Of a stretch of DNA of 64,000 nt, positions 36,722-50,207 are shown in pieces (within the stretch, counting starts at the first letter, position 1; the number at the start of each line of letters is the position of its first letter). This stretch comes from Malacoraja senta (lineage: Eukaryota). Below the pieces are notes generated by a model, which worked only from the letters and a program-made list of their open reading frames with translations, had not been told where the DNA came from and did not search any database. The stretch is from assembly GCA_038087875.1 (NCBI GenBank), contig CM075989.1, forward strand, positions 21,578,001-21,642,000, read 5' to 3'. A program made the position numbers and the translations under genes.

Positions 36722-37388
36722 GGTGGCATAGGACAGTTGCTCCCTTACAGCGCCAGAGACCCGGGTTCGATCCTGGCTACGGGTGCTGTCTGTACGGAGT
36801 TTGTGCGTTCTCCCCGTGACCTGCCTGGGTTTTCCCTAGGTGCTCCAGTTTCCTTCCGCGCTCCAAAGACGTACAGGTTTGTTGGTTAATTGGCTTGGTG
36901 TAATTGTAAATTATCCGTATTATGTGTAAGATAGTGCTGGTGTGCGTGAATCATTGGTCAGCGCGGTCTAAACTAAACATATAAGATTGTTAAGGGCTTG
37001 GACACGCTAGAGGCAGGAAACATGTTCCCGATGTTGGCGAAGTCCAGAACCAGGGGCCACAGTTTAAGAATAACGAGTAAGCCATTTAGAACGGAGACGA
37101 GGAAACACTTTTTCTCACAGAGAGTGGTGAGTCTGTGGAATTCTCAGCCTCAGAGGGCGGTGGAGGCAGGTTCTCTGGATGCTTTCAAGAGAGAGCTAGA
37201 TAGGGCTCTTAAAAATAGCTGTCAGGCAATATGGGGAGGAGGCAGGAACGGGGTACTGATTGGGGATGATCAGCCATGATCATGTTGAATGGCTCGAAGG
37301 GCCGAATGGCCTACTCCTGCACCTATTGTCTATTGTCTCAGTGGGCCAAGGGGCATGTTTCTGCACTGAATCTCTAAACTAAACTAAA
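36722..37388 (+). mobile_element. V-SINE containing a CR1 3' fragment (36978-37337)
   Basis: ORF 36998-37279 RTRGHSLRI..FFSQRVVSLWNS; SINE tail resumes at ctcagtgggcc. Confidence 0.9.
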
Positions 37389-37644
37389 CAAGCTGGGGTT
37401 GGGGGGGGGGGGAATGGCTGACTGTTTACACTATCCATTAGACATAGGAGTAGAATGAGGCCAATTGGCTCATCCAGACTATGAATATCCATATCTCACA
37501 TAGTTTGACATACTTCTACTAGGCTGTCCCTCAGTCTCCAATGCTCCAGACAACAACAAAAAACAAATTTGTCCAAACTTATAGCAAATAGTCTCCAATT
37601 TAAGCAACATTCCGCTGATAGGTGAAAACATTATTTTAAATTCT

Positions 37645-37785
37645 TCCCACATTGACCTTTCCATACAGGGCCTCCTCCATTGCCAGAGTGAGACAACTTG
37701 CAAACTGGAGGAACAGCACCTCATATTCCGCTTGAGCCGCTTGCAACCCAATGGTATGAATGTTGAATTCTCCAATTTTAAGTAA
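37645..37785 (+). pseudogene. Penelope-like GIY-YIG endonuclease C-terminal fragment
   Basis: SHIDLSIQGLLHCQSETTCKLEEQHLIFRLSRLQPNGMNVEFSNFK*, with the E..I..L..L.P.G.N motif of PLE GIY-YIG. Confidence 0.85.
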
Positions 37786-37805
37786 CTAAATAAACACATC
37801 ACTTC

Positions 37806-37841
37806 CAGTCTGAAGAAGGGTTTCGGCCCGAAACGTTGCCT
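37806..37841 (+). ncRNA. Minimal hammerhead ribozyme motif (PLE subfamily B)
   Basis: CUGAAGA-A-GGGU(UUCG)GCCC-GAAA-CGUU; core starts ~25 nt after the GIY-YIG stop. Confidence 0.6.
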
Positions 37842-38474
37842 GTTTCCTTCGCTCCATAGATGCTGCTGCACCCGCTGAGTTTCTCCAGCATTTTTGTGTA
37901 CCTTCGATTTTCCAGCATCTGCAGTTCCTTCTTTAACACTTCCTTTCCTTCCCCCACTTTCTTTACTCCCCCCTCTCCCCTGTGCCCTCACCCCCCCCCC
38001 CTCCCCTGGACTTGCACCTATTTCTCTCCACCCTCTCCCCCTTCCACCTATATTCCTTCCTCTAGTACAAACATAATGGGCCAAAGGGCCTGTCCTATAC
38101 TGTTCCATGGTAGAACAGGTTTAATGGGCTGAATGGACTGCACACTTCCCTATGTTCCCAAAGGTGATACTATTTTAGAGTTTCCTCCTCCCAACAAGGG
38201 AACTGTTTCCTTTGTCAGGATACAGAAGGGAAAGTTTGCAAATGAACAAGGATCCCGACTGAGTTACTCCAGCACTTTATGGATTTTTTCCGTAAACCAG
38301 CATCTGCAGTTTCTCGTGCCGGCACCATATGGGATTGGATGGGAATGTGAGAGTTAACAGTCAACATTCTGGCCAGTATCACAATATCAATTTAATATGT
38401 AGGCAATGATATTCACCACAAATATTTACCTTGACATTTAGCATAAGGCATTAGTATATTGTCACTCATTAGGG

Positions 38475-38730
38475 AGTCTTGCAGCGTGGAAAACAGGCCC
38501 TTCAGCCCAACTTGCTCGCACTCACCAACACGTCCCATCTACACTAGTCCCGCCTGCCTGCGTTTGGCCCATATTCCTCTAATCCTGTCCTATCCATGTA
38601 CCTGTTCAAATGTTTCTTAAACATTACAATAGTACCACCCTCAACTACCTCCTCCGGCAGCTCGTTCCATACGTCCATACGGTGTAAAAATGTTACCACT
38701 GAGGTTAATATTTACTCTTTCCTCCCTCAC
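38475..38730 (-). mobile_element. CR1 3' end
   Basis: Homologous to 31030-31365. Confidence 0.85.
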
Positions 38731-39036
38731 CTTGTAAAGCAGTTCCCAGAGGACACACCTTCTCACCGGATGTTTACAGACAGAGTTTTACTCTCAGGCA
38801 CCATATAGAGTGTCTGCTCATTTAAACCCGTGCAGCAAGGATGCAGGGTGAAGCTATCTAGCCTGCCAGCAACCGGCGTGTTAACAGATGGATAGTGTTG
38901 GCCAGTACGCACATGGTTTCCCACATGGGAGACTTGTGGATGTGGTTCCCAGCCAAGGAGATGATGTTTCCCTGCTTCTCCTCTTGCAAGGCAATTGGGT
39001 GGTGCATAACACAAGCGTACTGCGTTCAAACGCACC

Positions 39037-39313
39037 TGTAGAGTTGCTGCCTTACAGCGCCAGAGACTACGGGTGCTGTCTGTACAGACTTTGTATGTTC
39101 TCCTGCATGGGTTTTCCACGGGTGCTCCAGTACCCCCCCCCCCCCCACACACCAAAGAGGTACAGGTTTGTAGGTTAATTTGGCTTTGGTAAAAATTGTA
39201 AATTGTCCCAAGTGTGTCGGATAGCGCTAGCGTGCGGGGATCACTGGTCGGTGCGGACTCAGTGGGCCGAAGGACCTGTTCCTGTGCTGTATCTCTAAAC
39301 TAAACTAAACTAA
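39037..39313 (+). mobile_element. V-SINE
   Basis: V core and tail. Confidence 0.85.
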
Positions 39314-41559
39314 GCTGGGATCTTAATGTCATTTTATAAAAGCGTAAAATTAAATTTATGGTAGAGTAGATATATGATCATCAGCTATGTATTTGAAAAC
39401 CAAAATATAATTTTTGCTTATTTTAAACTAAACTAAACTAAACTATTATGATGGTTTAATGCCATTTTATGAATGTCATTATGAATGTTCTTTGACCTCA
39501 GCCAACTCTTTGTGTCTGATTAATCCTCAATTGATAAAATAAATATGAAAGAGGAATACCATTGCGAAGATCTAACGTCGTCTCTCTAGGTAAACGTGGA
39601 GGGAATGATTCCACGCCCCCTACAGGAATGACATCCATTAGTCTTGCTTCGAGGGCAAGGACTGTGCTATTCCGCCCATTAAAATTAATGGATGGAAAAT
39701 TGCACTCCGTAGCTTTGCGATACCGCTCCAACTGAGAGTTGGGGCATTAGCTCTCGTTGCTTCTCATCGCAGCTTCCAAGTGTCTTTCAAGTGACTTCCT
39801 GAAATTGGGCCTAAGTATCCCTTTCACCAGTTTTGTGGGATTCAATGTTAATTGAAACATTGTTGATAATCCTCAATGAAATGAAGCACGAAGACTCATT
39901 CAATAAGCCTCGGAAAGCTAAGGCTCAGGGGGTTAGGACAAGGTAATGACTCCCGATAAAAGATATTTCTCAGCTGATTAAGCTTATTCAGAGTCAGACA
40001 TCTGGAACACCAGTGAAGAGAGTACTCTTTCAAGTACTTGCCAGTTTTGCCCTTAACATCTTCATTTTAAATATTATTATAGCTGATTACGTTGTGTGGG
40101 ATACGGCTATGGGCAGGATTACAGATTGTTGTTCATTATATAAGATTGGAGGTAAGAAGATAATATGGTTGTTATTAATTTGAGAGATAAGTTAGACTTG
40201 GGCTAATGTGACATGTTCAGTTTTAATTTTAGGAAGGAATACTTACAGGGAATTGTAAGAGAGTAGATCGAGTTTCAATAAATCTTAGGATGAATTCCAG
40301 ATCCATCACTTGTTCAAAGGGAGTTCAGGTCAAAGTTAGGAATATAACATTCCCATTAAGTGTTGATCCCTACAGGGTGTATGGAATTGGTATTCACCTT
40401 TGCATTTCAATAGGATTACATTTGTAGCTGAGAGTCTGAGCGCATCTTAAAACGTGCGTGCAATTTACTGAATTACTTCACTTGCAATTCACTCTCAAAA
40501 AATGTATAATAATAAATATACAATAATGACTGCAAGCGAATTGGGAGGAAAAAAAATGTGATAATTACTCTGATTTTCTACTTGCAACTCCAATTAAACT
40601 GGGGGCCGTGCCAGAGGTCAAATGCAAACGAGGGTTCGTGAAGGGAAGGAAAAAGAACAATGACCAAGCAACTGGGTCAAGAGGCAATATCACAAATAGT
40701 TCAAGTCTAGACAGTAATGAATAGTCTTATAATTTGCGTTTGATGACTTTATAATGTCTAACCTTTGCTACTGCAATAAAAGCACCTGGTCTGTGCTGGA
40801 CTTCCCATTTCCTCATGAACAGCAGTAGCAACGGCCCCAGCCCATTGTTAAAGTAGGCTGCCCATGTTTGCCATGAAATGGGAGCCAAAATACCGCACAA
40901 TGCTCACACACAAATACTAATCCCCAGGCACCATTTCAAACAAGTGTTATTTTATTTACCCAGATTCATCTCGACAGGAAAGTACTGGTGGCTAATCCAT
41001 ACTCTAACACAACATTGATCTATATGCACACCAGTATTAATCTGACTACAGTTTTATTCATGTAAGACTATCAATAACTGCTTAGGGTCTTTTGGAATCT
41101 AGGAAAAATTGCCTTGGTAAAGTTGTCACACTGGGACGTAAATCTTTTCTTCTACATTCAAGCAAAGCATAATCTCTTGTTGTTGCTTGTCACTCTATTT
41201 TAACCACAGTTCACTTTGAATCAGAATTTAAAATAACAGCTTTTGTGATAGTGTTTACCCATTTAATTTAAATAGATTAAGTGGTTTCACTAATTACTCA
41301 CTTAATTGCCAAAGGAAATGCGATTTAGATGTTTTGTGATTCCAGCTTTGTTTTTTTCAAGTCAATTGATCTTTCATACTTTGCCATATTTGATATGCTT
41401 TCCTCTTTTAAATGAATATTTCAGACAAGCATAGATACAATTATTAGAGACCAGGCTTGCGCGTGACAAATGCAAGCATTCTGTTTAGAGAGGGTCATTC
41501 TGAGCATTCCTTCACATTATTTCACGTTAAAACATGACTAAAGTTAGTTGTGTGGTCAT

Positions 41560-41734
41560 AAGTGCCACATATCGCGAGGTGACTCCTGTATGGTCGTGAG
41601 TAGTCGCCAAAAGAGTCGTACCTCTTTCTGGTCGCCACTGGAATTTCAACATTTAAAAAAATTTCGGCCACCTGCTGCGACTATGACGGGTGCCGGCAAG
41701 TCACCGAAAAAATCACGTAAGTGGGACAGGCCCT
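41560..41734. mobile_element. Partial PIF/Harbinger-like MITE
   Basis: Right TIR aagtgggacaggccct and internal sequence shared with 14035-14375. Confidence 0.7.
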
Positions 41735-41825
41735 ATACACTGCACTCGTGACTTCACACTAATATTTCAATCGGACTACGTTTCATAGTAGAGATGGTGC
41801 ATATTTTATTAAACCGTGAGTGTGA

Positions 41826-42121
41826 TTTAGTTTAGTTTAGAGATACAGCGCGGAAACAGGCCCTTCATCCACCGAGTCCGCACCGACCAGCGATCCCCGC
41901 ACATTAACGCTGTCCAACACACACTAGGCACAATTTACATTAATACCAAGCTAATTAACCTACAAACCCGGTGTGTGGGAGGAAACCGAAGATCTCGGAG
42001 AAAACCCACTCGGTCACGGGGAGAATATACAATCCGTACAGACAGCACTCGTAGTCAGGATCGAACTGAGGTCTCTGGCGCTTTAAGCCCTGTAAGGTAG
42101 CAACTCTACCACTGCACCACT
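41826..42121 (-). mobile_element. V-SINE
   Basis: Tail and head motifs. Confidence 0.88.
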
Positions 42122-42482
42122 GGTAGAGCTAAATTAATGAATTTACGAATTAACGAATACACAAAATTAACAGAATATATTGACTCAATTGGAGATTTAA
42201 TTGTGATTGAGGTGGGTTTCACCTGCATTGGTATCAATGACAATATTTTAGTTCATATTACAGCACGGAAACAGGCCCTTCGGCCCACCATGTCCACACT
42301 AACCATCGAACATCCACTCACACTCATTCTATCTTACCTGTCGGACTGACCCTCACCTTCTGAACCATGTTCGAGGTGCCTCATTACTCCAGTCATGGCG
42401 TAAACAAGGTGGGTCTTCAGAAGCTATACTGGAAGAGGTTCTGAGAAGATTCGGCTTCAGAACAGGTTTGGGCTAGGTGTAA

Positions 42483-42912
42483 TGTGTAGGAAGGAACTGC
42501 AGATGCTAGTTTACACTGAAGATGGACACACAAGGCCAGAGTAACTTTGGCAGCATCTCTGGAGAGAAGGAATGGGTGATGGCATCACCATCTGCTTTGA
42601 TCTGTCACTTTCACACCTTACCCCTCTATTGATCAGCCATGCCTATTTTCCTGTGCTCCATAGATGCTGCTGCACCCGCTGAGTTTCTACCATGCTTTTG
42701 ATCAGCCATGATCACATTGAATAGCGATGCTGGCTCGAAGGGCCGAATGGCCTACTCCTGCACCTATTGTCTATGAATCTATGTATATCTCTAGACTACC
42801 TCTCCCCTGACATTCAGTCTGAAGAAGGGACTCGACCCGAAACGTCACCCATTCCTTCTGTCCAGAGACGCTGCCTGTCCCGCTGAGTTACTCCAGCATT
42901 TTGTGTCTATCG
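42483..42912. mobile_element. Inverted PLE pLTR pair with embedded PLE-B and CR1 scraps
   Basis: Minus copy 42483-42580; plus copy with core ctgaagaagggactcgacccgaaacgtc at 42819. Confidence 0.75.
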
Positions 42913-43547
42913 TCTTGTACTTTATTGCTCCAACAATAAGATAAAAACTGACGTGGAACTCCAACACATTTATCCTGTTTAATATGGCAGTGTCTCAAAC
43001 ATTGGGAGATGGAGGTGGAAGGAAAGGTCAGGCACCAACGCACTGAATTCACTTGCCTTTGATCAAAACGTGATGGCCATTTAGTGATCAGGCACGGGTT
43101 ATTGATTGGGGGACGACCAGCCATGATCACAATGAATGGTGGTGCTGGCTCGAAGGGCCGAATGGACTCCTCCTGCACCTATTGTCCATGTTCGCCCATA
43201 TCCCTCTAAATCTTTCCTTTCCATGTACCTATCGCAGTCTTTTAAATGTTGTTAAAGTACGTGCCTCAAATACCCGCTGTGGCAGCTTGTTCCTTATTCC
43301 CACCATTCTCTTACTGAAAATGTTGCCCTTCAGCTTCCTATTAAAAAAATTAAAAATTACAATGCACGGAAAGGTCAGGAATGAACTTAGCCAACAAGAT
43401 TCAAGATTCAAGATTGAAGAGATTCAAGAGAGTTTATTGTCAGATCCAATACAAGAATAATCTGGTCATACATTATTGACTTTGGTACTTTTAACAATAA
43501 AACAACAACACTTGTTGCATCTGTTAACAATTTTCAATTTGTAATTT

Positions 43548-43865
43548 TGTTTAGTTTAGTTTCGTTTAGAGATACAGGGGCAGAAACAGGCTTTTCGGCC
43601 TACCAATTCCACGCCGACCAGCGATCCCCGCACGCCAACACTATCCTACACACCAGGGACAATTTACAATCTTTACCAAAGCCAATTAACCTACAAACCT
43701 GTACGTGTTTGGGAAGTGGGAGGAAATGGGAGATCCCGGAGAAAACCCTCGCAGGTCACGGGGAACACGTATAAACTCCGTACAGACAGCACCCGTAGTC
43801 AGGATCGAACCCGGGTCACTGGCGCTGTAAGGCAGTAACTCTACCGCTGCACCGCCGTGCCGCCC
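43548..43865 (-). mobile_element. V-SINE, full length
   Basis: B box, V core, tail. Confidence 0.9.
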
Positions 43866-44349
43866 ACATGTAATACGGTTGTGATGTACAACTATAAATT
43901 ATTGGAAAGAATTTTCATGGAAGATAATAAACACCATTCCTAAAATTATTGCTTTTGTTACAAAATATACAATGTATATTGTTCCAGATGTAATCAAACA
44001 ATGATGATTATCTTTCCTCTGTGATATTCTCTCTTTCTATTAAAGATCAGACCAGTTAAAAAGCCTGAATCCTATTGTTTAGTATTTCTAATGTGGAAGA
44101 TTTGTTTGATTTTCCCTGAGAGGGGATGATTTAATTAGGATTTCACCAGATGGCTGATTCTCTGCACTGCCAATGGGTCCTTCTAGTTATTCCCCCTCCT
44201 TTCAGCCGCACTGTATAAATAGGGTTAAATTGCAAAGCCGAGCCAAACTGCAGCCACAGTGGAGGGGGATGAGTGTGGAAGAGTTCATGGGTAATATACC
44301 CTGCATGAAAATGTGATGTGGGAAAATGGAATAACACAGAACTAGTGTG

Positions 44350-44779
44350 ACACCCCCTCTCTAACCGTTATAAAAACTATTTTACCTCTATATGGTGGAA
44401 CGGACTTGACGACAAACAGACTTAAATTGTTGAAATTCTCAGCTCAGATTCTATTTTTCTTTTTTTCTTTTTTTCTTTAGTTTAGGGGGGGTTTTGTTTC
44501 TTCCTTTCTTCCTTTTTCTTTTTTTTCTTTTTATCTTTGTGTTTTTTTTTCTCCATCTATAAGTTGTCTTTTAAACATTTAACTATATTTACATAGAGGT
44601 CTATATTCAATGTGTATTTTGACACTGGACTCATATTTAAGTTATACCTATTATTAATGTAATCCTGATCCCTACGTATCAATATCATTGTTATGTTTAT
44701 TATTATTCGTTTTGCTCTGTTTTGTTTGTTTTTGTTTTTTGGAAAAATAAACTAATAAAAAGATTTAAAAAGAAAGAAA
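44350..44779 (+). mobile_element. 5'-truncated L1/Tx1-type 3' UTR or retrocopy with a 12-bp TSD
   Basis: TSD agaactagtgtg at 44338-44349 and 44780-44791; T-rich UTR, AATAAA, A-rich tail aataaaaagatttaaaaagaaagaaa. Confidence 0.8.
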
Positions 44780-44992
44780 AGAACTAGTGTGTCCCAGTGA
44801 TCGATGAACTGGGTTATTCCCTCATCTTGTATCCGTACACTGTAAACAACTCGATTTCAATCATGTATTGTCTTTCCGCTGACTGGTTAGCATGCAGCAA
44901 AAGTTTTTTTACTGTACCTTAGTACACGTGACAATAAACTAAACTGAAACTGAGGCTGGAACTGGAGGGTGAATGCATCTGTTTTATAACAC

Positions 44993-45002
44993 ATAATAAT
45001 AA

Positions 45003-45050
<48 letters not shown>

Positions 45051-45460
45051 ACTTTATTGATCCTCTCAGGGAAATTCAGATGTCCAGAAGCCCCCAACTA
45101 ACAAACCCAAACATTCAAAACGAACGCAGACAGAAGATACATAAAATACAATATGGACACTACCTGACAGCAATAAATACATTAAAAAGACCATTAATTA
45201 ACAAAAAAAAATTTTAAAAAGCAAAAATGCAAAAATGCACCCCCCTACAGCCTAATTATAAAATCTAATGGCTGCAGGGGTGAAGGATCTCCTGAACCGT
45301 TCCATTCTACAGGGCAGGGAGAGGAGCCGGTTGTTGTTCCGAGTGCTCTTTTGACTCTCCAGAATTACATGGAGGGGATGCCCGGGGTTTTTCAGGATGA
45401 CCTGCACCTTGCGCCTCATACACCTCTCAAGCACATCCATCCCAGAGTCCACTCTCCCCT
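44993..45460 (-). mobile_element. Rex1/Babar-like LINE 3' end with (TTA)n tail
   Basis: ORF 45252-45491 ILKNPGHPLH...RMERFRRSFTPAAIRFYN*. Confidence 0.8.
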
Positions 45461-45484
45461 CCAGCACTGAGTGCAGAGGTGCGG

Positions 45485-46060
45485 AGGTCACACTGCAGTT
45501 GTATCAGACATTGGGGAAGCCGCATTTTGAGTATTGGTTGCCAGTCTTGGGCACCATGTTGTTGGAATGATGTTGTCAAGCTGGAAAGGGTGCAGAGACG
45601 ATTTAAGAGGGCGTTGCCAGGACTAGAGGGTCTGAGCTACAGGGAGAGGTTGAGTAGGCTGGGACTCTATTCCTTGGAGCGCGGGAGGATGAGGGGTGAT
45701 CTTATTGAGGTGTACAACATCATGAGAGGAATAGAAGGGGTAGACACACAGATTCTCTTGCCCAGAGTAGGGGAATCAAGAAACAGAGGACATAGGGTTG
45801 AAGTGAGGGGGGAAAGATCTATTAGGAATCTGAAGGGTAACATTTTCACACAAAGGGTGGTAGGTGTGTGGAAGAAGCTGCCTGAGGAGGTATTTGAGGC
45901 CGGGACTATCACAACATTTAAGAAACATTTAGACAGGTAAATAGATAGGACAGGTGAGAGGGATATGGGCCAAATGCAGGCAGGTGGGATTAGTGTAGAT
46001 GGGACATGTTGGTCGGTGTGGGCAAGTTGGGCCGGTTTCCGCGCTGTATCACTCTATGAC
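45485..46060 (+). mobile_element. CR1 3' fragment
   Basis: KLERVQRRF..LSYRERLSRLGLYSLE..RGDLIEVY..NIFTQRVVGVW. Confidence 0.95.
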
Positions 46061-46304
46061 ATTCTCTCTATTGACAGCACGGCACAGGACTGGCCCTTCA
46101 GCCCACAATGTCCGCACTGAACATGATGTCATAGACCATAGAATAGGCCATTCGGACTACAGTATCTGTGCCAAAACTAACTTTTATCTACCTACACATA
46201 ATCTTGCACAGGGTGGCACAGTGAGCTGAAGGGCCTGTTTCCCTGCTGTCCTCCACTCCTTGCATATCTTTATGTCTATCCAAAAGTCTTTTAAATGTCA
46301 CTAT

Positions 46305-46765
46305 TGTTCATTCTCCCTATGACCCTGTGAGTTTTCACCGGGTTCCTCCCACATTCCAAATACGTGCTGGTTTGTAGGTTAATTGGCTTCTGTAAATTGT
46401 TCCCAGTGTCTTGGATAGAACTAGTGTACGTACGGGCGATCGCTGGTAGGTGCGGACACGGTGGGACAAAGAGCCTGGTTCCCCGCTGTATCTGTGGAAT
46501 TCTCTGCCTCAGAGGGCGGTGGAGGCAGGTTCTCTGGATGCTTTCAAGAGAGAGCTAGATAGGGCTCTTAAAGATAGCGGAGTCAGGGGATATGGGGAGA
46601 AGGCAGGAACGGGGTACTGATTGGGGATGATCAGCCATGATCACATTGAATGGCGGTGCTGGCTCGAAGGGCCGAATGGCCTACTCCTGCACCTATTGTC
46701 TATTGGCTATTGTCTATTGTCTATTATCTTTAAACTAAACTATACTAAACTAAACTAAACTAAAC
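46305..46765 (+). mobile_element. V-SINE 3' half containing a CR1 tail (46490-46725)
   Basis: gctgtatct|gtggaattc...(ctattgt)n|tatctttaaactaaac. Confidence 0.85.
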
Positions 46766-47949
46766 TCAACCTGCCTGAAGAAGGGTTCCTCACCCAGAAC
46801 GTCACCAATCCTTTTTCTCCAGAGATGCTGCCTGACCTGCTGAGTTACTCCAGCGCCTATCTTCGGTATGTACCAGCATCTGCAGTTCCTTTCTACACAC
46901 TAAACTAAGCTGTGTGATGAAACTTCCAGACATTCATACTTTAATATTGCAAAATCTTCATGAAATATTCAAGGCGTGATGATTTGCGTCGCGGTGCATG
47001 CCCTTGTATGCTCTGCATAAGTGCATCAAGCATGCGAATGTACAGGATTCATGCCAGCAAGCACAAATCATGTTTTGTAATCAATTTTATGCCTCAGCTG
47101 AATTGCGCAGCGCATGAAAAAGATTTGCCACACAAGTTAATTCCTCGCAAACTGAGCCTAAATTTGCTGCATGCTCTGCAGGATGGGTTTTGTGATCAGG
47201 ACATCTTGAATGTGCTGGCAGATGTTTGATTCCATTTCCCAGTTCCCTTTTCCAAGGAAAGCACGCGTGTGCAGCTGTGTTCAGATCAAATGGAGCTCTT
47301 GAAATTCGATCTTGTTTCACTGGGGGACCCTTGGATCTCAGCGCTCTCTCCAAGCTGAACTTCATCTTTCGCTGGGCTCCGAGCAGACTCCATCTGACCG
47401 CCCACTGGCCCCATTCCAGCCGAGATTTGCAAAACGATGCAGGCATGTGTAAGAAGGAACTGCAGATGCTGGTTTAAACTGGAGATAGACACAAAATGCT
47501 GGAGCAACTCAGCGGGACAGGCAGCACCTCTGGAGAGAAGGAATGGGTGACGTTTCGGGTTGAGACCCTTCTTCAGATGCAGCATGTGGCTAGACTGCGT
47601 CCACACTTTTGCTACTTTTGTTCGTGTGCTGCCTCTGATCCAAGCAAATGCCCTGCTAATTTTACCCAAACCATCGATAGAAATCTCGCCAAACCTTACC
47701 CCAGGGTTTCAAATGGCCAAGAGAAGGGAAAGATTGCCCACCCAGCCTGCTGCTATTTCACAAAGACAAGTTGTCAGCCATTATTGCCACAACTTTCAAT
47801 CTTGTAGCATGTTTATGGTTGCATATCCAAGCCGAACAACTGATGCGGAAATTAGTGCAGAAATCTCCAAACATTAATACAAACCCATTGTTTCTCTACT
47901 TGCACTTTGCCCCTTCTTTTAACTTTGTCATGCTTCATTGCGGCTGATT

Positions 47950-48269
47950 AGTTTTGTTTAGTTTAAGGTTAGTTTTGTGATACAGCGCGGAAACAGGCCC
48001 TTCAGCCCGCCGAGTCCGCGCCGACCAGCAATCCCCGCACGCTAACACTATCCTACCCACACTGGGAACACTTTACAATGTTTACAAAGCCATTTAACCT
48101 GCATACCTGTACGTCTTTGGAGTGTGGGAAGAAACCGGAGCACCTGGAAAACCCCCACGCGGGTCACAGGGAGAAGGTACAAACTGTACAGACAAGCACC
48201 TGTAGTCAGGATCGAAACAGGTCTCTGGCGCTGTAAGGCAGCAACTCTACCGCTGCGCCACCATGCCGC
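47950..48269 (-). mobile_element. V-SINE
   Basis: Full head to tail. Confidence 0.9.
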
Positions 48270-49095
48270 TACTTAAAAACCTGGGGTGAGCTTAAAGTTT
48301 TTAACTGAGGAGATACATGTGCAGAATAAAAGTCAAAATTATGAGCTTCCAATGTTGTTCTTGGCATCCAAATACTCAACACACATGGCATGAGGTTCCA
48401 CTGCTATTTTAATGAAAGCAGTAACTTATTTGACATCAATATTTAATACTTCTGCTAACAAAAGAATGAACTGCATTATATCACACCTTTCATCTCGTCC
48501 AGTGATCACTGCATGCATAGACACAGAGTGCTGGCGTAACTCAGCGGGACAGGCAGCATCTCTGGAGAGAAGGAATGGGTGACGTTTCGGGACGAGGGCC
48601 CTTCTTCATACTCTTCAGTCTCGACTCGAAAAGTCAGCTGTCCATTCTCTTCCAGGTGTTGCCTGGCCTGCTGACCTCCTCCCGTATTTTTTATTTCTGA
48701 ATGGCCTCGTTGAAGGCATTTTGTGTGTATCTTCAACTTTAACCAGCATTCATCCACTACTTACTGCGATGAATATACAAATGGTTACTTTAATTTAGCT
48801 TACTCATTGTTCATACAAATACCTGTCAGATCTGTGATTGTTTCATTAATGTAGAATAGTTAATAATGATCCGTTGAACCAAAGACTTAAATCTTTCATG
48901 ATTTTACTTATTTACTGCATATCGACTGCTGCTGAAGAAATGTATCACTCTCTTGTATCTGTGGTAGTATTTCACACAAACATATTAAGTAATAACGATT
49001 TGAAACACATTTACATCATAACCCTTCAGTTCCACCACAGCTGCAATTGATATTTCTGATACTAAACCCATATAAAATTGCTAAATATATTTATT

Positions 49096-49403
49096 GCACG
49101 GTGGCTCAGCGGTAGAGTTGCTGCACTTTACAGCGCCAGAGACCTGGGTTCGATCCTGACCACGGGAGCTGTCTGCACGGTGTTTGTACGTTCTCCCCCG
49201 TGACTGCGTGGGTTTTTTCTGAGATCTTCGGTTTCCTCCCACACTCCAAAGACGCGCAGGTTTGCAGGTTAATCGGCTCGCTGCAAATGTAAATTGTCCC
49301 TAGTGTGTGTAGGATAGTGTTAATGTGCGGGGATCGCTGGAGGGCGCGGAATCGGTTGGGGGAAGCGCCTGTTCCCGCGCTGTATCTCTAAAACTATAAC
49401 TAA
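49096..49403 (+). mobile_element. V-SINE
   Basis: A box tggctcagcggt, B box ggttcgatcc. Confidence 0.9.
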
Positions 49404-50207
49404 ATCAAAAAAATATGAAGATAGAATATTTATGTCTTATCGGCAGGATAAATGGGTACAGCAGTAATTCAGCAACAGGATGAAGGGGCATCTGACCATC
49501 TAAAGTTACTGAAAATTCCTAAATATTCATTAAATATTTAATTCAGAGATACGCTGACATTGAAAGTCGTTGCAACAATGAGGTGAATCTTTGTGTATGA
49601 ATCGAGCAGCTTGGCACATGTTTAGCTTAGGTTAATGTAGAGATACAGCAGGCCCTTCAACCCACCAAGTCCACGCCAAGCATCGATCGCCCAGTCAAAC
49701 TAGTTCAGAGTTATCCCACTTTTTTTCATCCACTCCCTATTGAGGCCAAATAACCGACAAAGCCGCACGTCTTTGGGATGTGGGAGGAAACCAGAGCTCC
49801 TGGAGAATGTACAAACGCCACCCACACACAGCCAACACCTGAGGTCAGGATCGAGCTCAGATGTCTGGCGCTGTGAGGATGTGGCTGTACAATCTGCCCC
49901 ACTGTGGTCTCTTTTATTGAGCTCTGCTGAAGCTGCCTTCCTGCAGCAGAGATCTTGGAATAGTGAGGTCCCTGGTGACCAACCCTCCTTAATATCGCTT
50001 GTTACATGTATTTCTCTTGTTTGCTAATCGTGTTACAATTGTGTTTGGGGTTATTAACTGCCCTCTGCTGTGGATAGATCAGAGAGCTTTACTTAAAGCT
50101 GTCCGATACCAGCAATCAATAACCTTGTGATTTATGGCCTTTGGCACCACTCAGCATGGTCCAGTGTCCACTGAAGGTGAATCGGCAATCAACGGTGAAA
50201 ACTGTTT

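Noticed and set aside
39498..39731. 77-aa minus-strand ORF in the repeat-free island
   Set aside because: No recognisable domain or convincing splice sites; treated as non-coding
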